Shown piece after piece: positions 58,791 to 64,000 of a stretch of DNA of 64,000 nucleotides; within the stretch, counting starts at the first letter, position 1; each line of letters begins with the position of its first letter. The stretch is from the NCBI GenBank assembly GCA_035544575.1, contig DATKEC010000132.1, forward strand, positions 3,464 to 67,463, given 5' to 3'. This DNA comes from Acidimicrobiia bacterium. Its GTDB lineage: Bacteria; Actinomycetota; Acidimicrobiia; Spongiisociales; ZC4RG35. The notes under the pieces are model-generated. The model saw only the letters and a program-made list of their open reading frames with translations, ran no database searches and had not been told where the DNA came from. The position numbers were made by a program, and so were the translations under genes.

Positions 58791-60403
58791 CGGTGTAGAT
58801 CTCTCGTCACGAGGAGGTAGAGCGGGACGGCTGATATCCCGACGAGTACCAGGGCCGCCACACTCGCCTGAGTGTAGAAGAGCTCAGACGAGGCGCTCCA
58901 GATGCGGACCGCCAGGGTCTCGAATCCGGTGGGGCGCAGCATGAGCGTTGCCGGCAGCTCCTTCATCACCGTGAGAAAGACGAGGGCACCGCCTGCCAGG
59001 AGCGAACGCCAGACGAGAGGGATCGTGACCCGAGCCAGCGTCGCCAGGCCGCCGGATCCGAGGCTGCGACTGGCGTCTTCGAGGTTCGTTCCGACTTGGC
59101 GGAGGCCGGCCTGTGTGGCCGAGAGAGCCTGTGGGAGGAACATCGCGACGTATGCGATGACCAGAAGTGTCACCGTTTGATACACCCCGCGGGCGTAGCG
59201 CAGCGAGAGCACCAGGAACCCGAGCCCGACCGCCAGGTGCGGCAGGGAATATGTCGACCAGCTGATGGCTTCGAGAGCCCGCGACAGCCGGCCCGGATGG
59301 CGCACCGTGAGGATGGCGACCGGGAGGGCTGCGGCCGCAGTGACGGCGGCTGCCCCCAGCGCCACACCCGCCGAGCGGGACGCCTCGGCCCACACGGATC
59401 CGAACACGTTGCCCAACGACAGCCCCTGCACGGTCCACCAGCCGAGGGTGATGAGAGGCAGGACGAGGCTGGCGATGACGAGAGCGGTGAGGAATCCGTA
59501 CGCGGCCATCCTGGGAAACCCACCCAGGACGACACGGTCCGCTGGCCGCGTCGCCCGGCGGGACGCAAGCGAGGCCCGCCCCCGGTTGCGTTGTTCGGCG
59601 ATCACCAGCACGAGGGCGGCCATGACCAGGACCCCTGACAGGAACAGGGCGGGGGTGAGGTCGAGGCGTCCCCGGAACTGCGTGTAGATCGCCCGGGTGA
59701 AGGTCTCGTACCGCAGGAGCGAGACGGCTCCGAAGTCCGAGATCACATACAACCCGACGAGCAACGACGAGCTGAGGAGGGCAGGCCGCAGTTGCGGCAG
59801 CACGACGTCGAGGAACGTTCGTCGCGAGGAGGCGCCGAGGCCCCGCGAGGCCTCCTCCAGCGTCGGGTCCATCCTGGCTAGAGCCGGTGTCGTGATGAGG
59901 TGGACGTATGAGAAGTTCCACAGGCTCAATGCCCCCCACGCCGCCCAGAACCCGCTGAAGACTCCGAGTTTGGGGAGCCCGATGGCATCGAGGGCGACGG
60001 ACACCACGCCGGTGTTGCCCGAGGAGCCGAGCATGGCGAGGGCACCGACGTAGGAGGGGATCACGAGGGGAAGGCTCACGAGCATGGACCAGAACCCCCG
60101 GCCGGCCAGATTCGTGCGGGTCGTCAGCCACGCGGTCGCCGTCCCGAGCACGAGTGCGGTGGCGGTCACGGTCACGACGAGAAGGCCGGTGGATGCGAAG
60201 AGCTGTCCGAGTCGGGGGGCGGAAATCCCTCCAGAGTCGATGCCGCCGGGGCGTACGACGGTCCACAGGAGGTGAGCGATCGGAGCCGCCCCCGGAAGCG
60301 TGACGGCGATCGCCATCACCCACAGCGCGGGCGTTGGCCTCCGCCGTTTCCGGCCGGGGGCCAACGGGGGCGGCACGACCGCCGGAGGCGTGACAGTCGC
60401 CAT
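58787..60403 (-). CDS. ABC transporter permease, tandem two-domain (FbpB/ThiP-like)
   Basis: ATG at 60403 (MATVTPP…) overlaps the SBP stop. About 12 TM segments with two EAA-like loops. The upstream part of the track ORF is rejected. Confidence 0.85.
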   Translation of the reverse strand: MATVTPPAVVPPPLAPGRKRRRPTPALWVMAIAVTLPGAAPIAHLLWTVVRPGGIDSGGISAPRLGQLFASTGLLVVTVTATALVLGTATAWLTTRTNLAGRGFWSMLVSLPLVIPSYVGALAMLGSSGNTGVVSVALDAIGLPKLGVFSGFWAAWGALSLWNFSYVHLITTPALARMDPTLEEASRGLGASSRRTFLDVVLPQLRPALLSSSLLVGLYVISDFGAVSLLRYETFTRAIYTQFRGRLDLTPALFLSGVLVMAALVLVIAEQRNRGRASLASRRATRPADRVVLGGFPRMAAYGFLTALVIASLVLPLITLGWWTVQGLSLGNVFGSVWAEASRSAGVALGAAAVTAAAALPVAILTVRHPGRLSRALEAISWSTYSLPHLAVGLGFLVLSLRYARGVYQTVTLLVIAYVAMFLPQALSATQAGLRQVGTNLEDASRSLGSGGLATLARVTIPLVWRSLLAGGALVFLTVMKELPATLMLRPTGFETLAVRIWSASSELFYTQASVAALVLVGISAVPLYLLVTRDLHR

Positions 60404-61437
60404 CAGGTCAGACCGGCCTCCGCGATGAGTCCGAGGGCGGGTTCGAGCGTGTCGGCGGTGTCGGTGAGGTTGATGTCGAGCGTGGGAAGCTCGGCGAGGG
60501 GGAGTTGACCGGCCGGTGTGCCCACGCCGGGGATCAGCGGGTATTCGAACAACGAGAGGAAGTGTGTCTGGGACTCGGCGGACAGCAGGTGACGAATCAG
60601 GGCGACCGCCGCCTCGGGCTGGTCGCTGTTGGCGAGGACGCCGGCTCCCGTCGCCATCACGAGCCCGCCGGGGTCCCCGGAGCTGAAGAAGTGATTGGCG
60701 GCCGGCACACCGCCCAGTTGGTCGATTCGCTGGAGCAGGTAGTAGTGGTTGACGAGTCCCGCCTCGAGGTCTCCCGCCACCACGGCGTCGACGATCGGGC
60801 CGTTCCCGTCGTAGATCACCGGGTCGTTGGCGGCGATTCCCCGCAGCCACTCGCGAGTCCGGTCCTCTCCTTCGGCGACGATCATTCCCGTTACGAACGC
60901 CACGAACGATCCATTGGTGGGCGCCACGCCGAAGCGTCCGGCCCACTCCGGCTCGATGAGATCCCACACGGTGGCGGGCAGAGCGTCGTCGGCCACGAGG
61001 TCGGTGTTGTAGACGAGAACCCTGCTGCGACCCGTGATGCCGACCCAGTGGTTCTCGTTGTCGGAGAAGCGGGCATCGACGAGTTCGACGACCTCGGCGG
61101 GCAGTTCGGCGAGGAGTCCTTGGTTGGCGATCCCACCGATGAACGCCGGATCCTGGGCCCAGAACACGTCGGCGGGTGACGACGCACCTTCGGCGACGAT
61201 TGTCGTTGCGAGGTCACCGGTGCCGCCGTAGCGGACCTCGACTTCGATTCCCGAGGCCGCCGTGAAGGCGTCGATCACGGGCTGCACGAAATTCTCGTTG
61301 CGACCCGAGTAGAGGACCAACTGGCCGGATCCGACGGGTGGTGCGGTCGAGATCGTCGTCTGGTCCGAGGCGTTCTCTCCGCCACAGGCCGTGACCACCA
61401 GGGAGAGGGCGATGGCCAGCCCCGTCAGTCGTCGCAT
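60403..61437 (-). CDS. ABC transporter substrate-binding lipoprotein, Fe3+/FbpA-like
   Basis: Signal peptide with lipobox LVVTAC. Type-2 periplasmic-binding-fold Fbp/AfuA-like size and motifs. Confidence 0.8.
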   Translation of the reverse strand: MRRLTGLAIALSLVVTACGGENASDQTTISTAPPVGSGQLVLYSGRNENFVQPVIDAFTAASGIEVEVRYGGTGDLATTIVAEGASSPADVFWAQDPAFIGGIANQGLLAELPAEVVELVDARFSDNENHWVGITGRSRVLVYNTDLVADDALPATVWDLIEPEWAGRFGVAPTNGSFVAFVTGMIVAEGEDRTREWLRGIAANDPVIYDGNGPIVDAVVAGDLEAGLVNHYYLLQRIDQLGGVPAANHFFSSGDPGGLVMATGAGVLANSDQPEAAVALIRHLLSAESQTHFLSLFEYPLIPGVGTPAGQLPLAELPTLDINLTDTADTLEPALGLIAEAGLT

Positions 61438-61486
61438 CAGCCTGTCCCTTTCGGCTCGTTCCGTGTGAGTGCGCCGGCACGATAAA

Positions 61487-61542
61487 TTGCACTATCACGG
61501 TAGTGCAAATGCTCCTTACAGCGATCGTTAGGCGCGGCTAAC
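61487..61542. promoter_or_regulatory. divergent control region. 8-6-8 palindrome TTGCACTA-TCACGG-TAGTGCAA (61487-61508) and iron-box-like near-palindrome GTTAGGCGCGGCTAAC (61527-61542).
   Basis: Seen in sequence. TTAGG…CTAA half-sites resemble the IdeR/DtxR iron-box consensus TTAGGTTAGGCTAACCTAA. Confidence 0.45.
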
Positions 61543-61600
61543 ACACCCGGGGATCTGTGCCCAGGTGGGCCGGTCCGGCCCGGCAGGTAGCATCGCCAGG

Positions 61601-62278
61601 GTGACCGACATCAGCGCCGCCCGCGAGGTGACCCAGTACCGGACGCCGTATCGGGAGTACGCGGCGGCGGTCTACGAACTGGCCGAAGCCGATCTGCCGG
61701 TCATCCAGGCCCGGATCGCCGACTGGCTCGGCGTGTCCCGCCCATCGGTGTCCGAGATGATCCACCGGATGTCCGATGACGGCTTGGTCACGATCGGCGA
61801 GGAGATCGAGCTCACGGAATCAGGTCGCCACCTGGCCGAGGTGGTCGTGCGACGTCACCGGTTGGCGGAACGATTCCTGACCGAGGTGCTTGGACTCGCC
61901 TGGGTCAAGGTTCACGAAGAGGCCGAAGTCTGGGAGCACGCCATCTCCGATCAGGTCGAGAAAGCCATGTGGAAAAAGCTGGGCGACCCGAAGACCTGCC
62001 CCCACGGCAACCCGATTCCCGGGGCGGGCTATCAGGCGCCTCCGGTCGAACCCCTGGCCGCGATGACCGATCGCATCGCGGTGCTCGAGCGTATTTCGGA
62101 GGAACTCGAACTCGACGACGACATCATGGGCTTCCTCGACACGAACGGCCTGCGACCCGGCGCCCGGGTGGGGATCGTCGCCCGCACGCCCGACGGGACG
62201 ATCACCGTGCGCGTGAACGACGACCACCAGGTGGGCTTGGGGCCGTTCATCGCCGAACGCGTCTACGTCGTTCGCTGA
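61601..62278 (+). CDS. ideR: iron-dependent repressor IdeR/DtxR family with C-terminal SH3-like domain
   Basis: GTG at 61601 (VTDISAAREVTQYRTPYREY…), HTH …ARIADWLGVSRPSVSEMIHRM…, metal-site and dimerisation region, FeoA-like C-terminus. Confidence 0.85.
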   Translation: MTDISAAREVTQYRTPYREYAAAVYELAEADLPVIQARIADWLGVSRPSVSEMIHRMSDDGLVTIGEEIELTESGRHLAEVVVRRHRLAERFLTEVLGLAWVKVHEEAEVWEHAISDQVEKAMWKKLGDPKTCPHGNPIPGAGYQAPPVEPLAAMTDRIAVLERISEELELDDDIMGFLDTNGLRPGARVGIVARTPDGTITVRVNDDHQVGLGPFIAERVYVVR

Positions 62279-63360
62279 CCGCCCACCAGCAGCGGAACCT
62301 CGACCTCGTGCCGTGTCAACCCACCGTGGTACCCGACGAGACGCTTGTCGAAGCCCCGCGGCAGCAACAACGAGCGGTCCGCCGCCAGCGCCACCACGTC
62401 GGGCATCCGCTGGTCGAGTTCGGGGTGCGGATCCCCGTCGTGGCCGAACCAGGCGATGAAGTCGTCGCGCAACACCAGTTGGGCCTGGGTGTCTGCCAAC
62501 AGATCGGCGATGGCATCCACATCACCGCGCGCCATCAGCGATCGCGAGTCTCCGAACCAGATCTGGGACTCCATGTCGCGATGCCGCAGCAGGGTCTTGT
62601 CCGACTCGCGGTAGTCGAGGTGGCCGTGGTCGGCGGTTCCGACGAGGGCGACCTCGACCTGCTGGCAGAGTCGTTGCCACAGCCGCCCGGCCTCGGTGAC
62701 GGTCCGCGCATAGGCGGCACTCGCTCGACCGCTGACGTGGGCGGCTACGTCGACGTCCGGCCAGTACGCGAACACGAAACGCCCGGGGGCGTTAGCCAGC
62801 TGCACCGTGGCCTCGACCCACTCGGCCTTCGACCACACCGCCTCGAAGCGGCAACCCCGATAAAGCGCGGTTGACAGCGGTGATCCGGCGAAACCACCGG
62901 GCTGGACCGTGACCGGCTCGATTCCCGCCTCGCGCAGCCGTTCCCACAGCGTGGGGCCGGGCAGGAAGGCTTCGAAGTCGAGGGGCACCGGCGTTCCGGA
63001 CGGTGTCATGAACTTGAGGACGTTGGTGACCACTCCCGCGCTGGGCAACCACATGAGATGGCCGAGCACGCCGTGACCTGCCGCTACCCGGCCGGTCGCC
63101 ACCGACGCCAGGCTGACGGTGGTGGTCGTCGGGAACGGAGCGTGGAGGATGCCGGCCACACTCGACGCGAGGTCGTCGACGCCGGCGGTCTGGGAGGCGC
63201 CCAAACCGTCGAACAGGGCGAGACACACCGACGGGCCGTCTGGCACGAGTTCTGAGAGTTCGGGCGAGAGGCGATCGGCCCGGGACGAGCCGGTGAACCG
63301 GTGTTCGATTTCTGCGACGAGATTGACCAGGCCGCGTCCCGTGGTCGACGGGATCAGCAC
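62263..63360 (-). CDS. alkaline-phosphatase-superfamily protein (type I phosphodiesterase / nucleotide pyrophosphatase-like)
   Basis: …VCLALFDGLGAS… metal-binding N-terminal motif, …GTADHGH… Start uncertain: GTG 63360 (no overlap), GTG 63420 or ATG 63486 (overlapping the upstream gene). Confidence 0.65.
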   Translation of the reverse strand: MLIPSTTGRGLVNLVAEIEHRFTGSSRADRLSPELSELVPDGPSVCLALFDGLGASQTAGVDDLASSVAGILHAPFPTTTTVSLASVATGRVAAGHGVLGHLMWLPSAGVVTNVLKFMTPSGTPVPLDFEAFLPGPTLWERLREAGIEPVTVQPGGFAGSPLSTALYRGCRFEAVWSKAEWVEATVQLANAPGRFVFAYWPDVDVAAHVSGRASAAYARTVTEAGRLWQRLCQQVEVALVGTADHGHLDYRESDKTLLRHRDMESQIWFGDSRSLMARGDVDAIADLLADTQAQLVLRDDFIAWFGHDGDPHPELDQRMPDVVALAADRSLLLPRGFDKRLVGYHGGLTRHEVEVPLLVGGQRTT

Positions 63361-63370
63361 GAGGAGGCGC

Positions 63371-64000
63371 TCATGCCCCCAGTATCCACATGAAGAGCTC
63401 CCGAGCGGTGCCGCGGGCACCGCCGACGCTGAGCAGCGCCCGATCGGAGAAGGGGAGCAGCACCGGTGCGCCGCGTTCGATGCCACGCGCCCGATCCAGC
63501 GCCAGCGGGCTCCAGCGGCTGGCGTCGGTCGACCACCACACGGCCGACGGCGTCTGTAGCCAGTACCGGTCCTCCAGTCGCCAGAAGGCGACGATGGGAA
63601 GCTCCGGCGGCCGGATCACGGTGGTCTCGCCGGGCTGGATCGCCACGGTGACACCGTCGCGCTGGTGGAGCGTGATCACCTCGCCGATGCTCAGCGACAG
63701 TTGAAGCCCGGCCGGCTCCCAGTTCGTGCCATCGGTGCTGTACAAGTAGCCGACGGTGCCGTCGGCCAGTCTGCCGCGCCCAATCATTCCCGTCCCTGTC
63801 GACACGAGGCCCGTGTCGGGCGCGTCGGTCTCGGTCACCGCCCACCCGCGGCCGAAGGTGCGCGCCGCCACCTGGCGGTTGCGGGTGGTGTCGATTCCCA
63901 CCAAGACCAGCCCGTCTTCCTGGATAGCCACCGCCTGAACCGATCCCGTCCATGGCAGCCTGATCTTGTTCCACGTCGAGGCGTCGGTGCTGCGCCAGAG
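63371..64000 (-). CDS. BNR/Asp-box repeat protein, 5' end beyond window
   Basis: The frame is open to the window edge. Three Asp-box-like motifs (WRSTDASTW, YSTDGTNW, WSTDASRW). The ORF track starts it at an internal GTG at 63931. Confidence 0.55.
   Translation of the reverse strand, partial: LWRSTDASTWNKIRLPWTGSVQAVAIQEDGLVLVGIDTTRNRQVAARTFGRGWAVTETDAPDTGLVSTGTGMIGRGRLADGTVGYLYSTDGTNWEPAGLQLSLSIGEVITLHQRDGVTVAIQPGETTVIRPPELPIVAFWRLEDRYWLQTPSAVWWSTDASRWSPLALDRARGIERGAPVLLPFSDRALLSVGGARGTARELFMWILGA

Noticed and set aside
1-64000. CRISPR arrays, rRNA/tRNA genes, transposases or integrases
   Set aside because: None recognisable. The only repeats are the 35-bp element (three copies) and the 74-bp hairpin repeat family.

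Overview
This 64 kb window is high-GC (about 70%) and looks like core actinobacterial (Actinomycetota-type) chromosome. It is densely packed with housekeeping genes on both strands. No rRNA, tRNA, CRISPR array, transposase or integrase could be recognised. Because of the GC content there are long spurious antisense ORFs almost everywhere in the six-frame track.

Recognisable blocks, in order:
- queG, glgP and ilvD.
- An ArsA-like ATPase with a ROK sugar kinase, an aminotransferase and ltaE.
- A fatty-acid synthesis cluster fabD-fabH-fabG-acpP-fabF.
- dinB (DNA polymerase IV) placed divergently from a histidine-phosphatase-family gene.
- A MoxR AAA+ / DUF58 / transglutaminase triad.
- An HNH endonuclease.
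- A complete dcw cell-division cluster: mraZ-rsmH-ftsL-ftsI-murE-mraY-murD-ftsW-murG-murC-murB-ftsQ-ftsZ-pgeF-yggS-sepF-yggT-divIVA. murF and ddl are absent and murB is included. A GTGGG-box promoter precedes mraZ.
- ileS on the opposite strand.
- An AlkZ/YcaQ-like (DUF1006) gene, a CQPC thioredoxin-like gene, moaA, and a DUF1326/DUF2182 pair.
- A long minus-strand operon: Fe3+-type ABC importer, a gene fusing a membrane domain to a nucleoside-2-deoxyribosyltransferase-like domain (TM–Ndt-like fusion), mobA, and two small membrane proteins. It is divergent from an ideR/dtxR-family repressor gene, with a candidate iron box between them.

The most striking unexplained signal is a 35-bp element in three copies (20871-20905, 20996-21030, 51217-51251). 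In all three, 30 of the 35 bases are identical and only the 4-5 nt loop of an internal 7-bp palindrome varies. Two inverted copies sit 4-5 nt from the start codons of divergent dinB and the phosphatase gene. The third lies next to the AlkZ-like glycosylase gene. This is consistent with an undescribed DNA-damage-response operator/promoter module or a structured mobile mini-element.

Other repeat structures:
- A tandem 74-bp hairpin-containing repeat upstream of mraZ, with a related inverted copy after divIVA.
- Several GC-rich intergenic hairpins.
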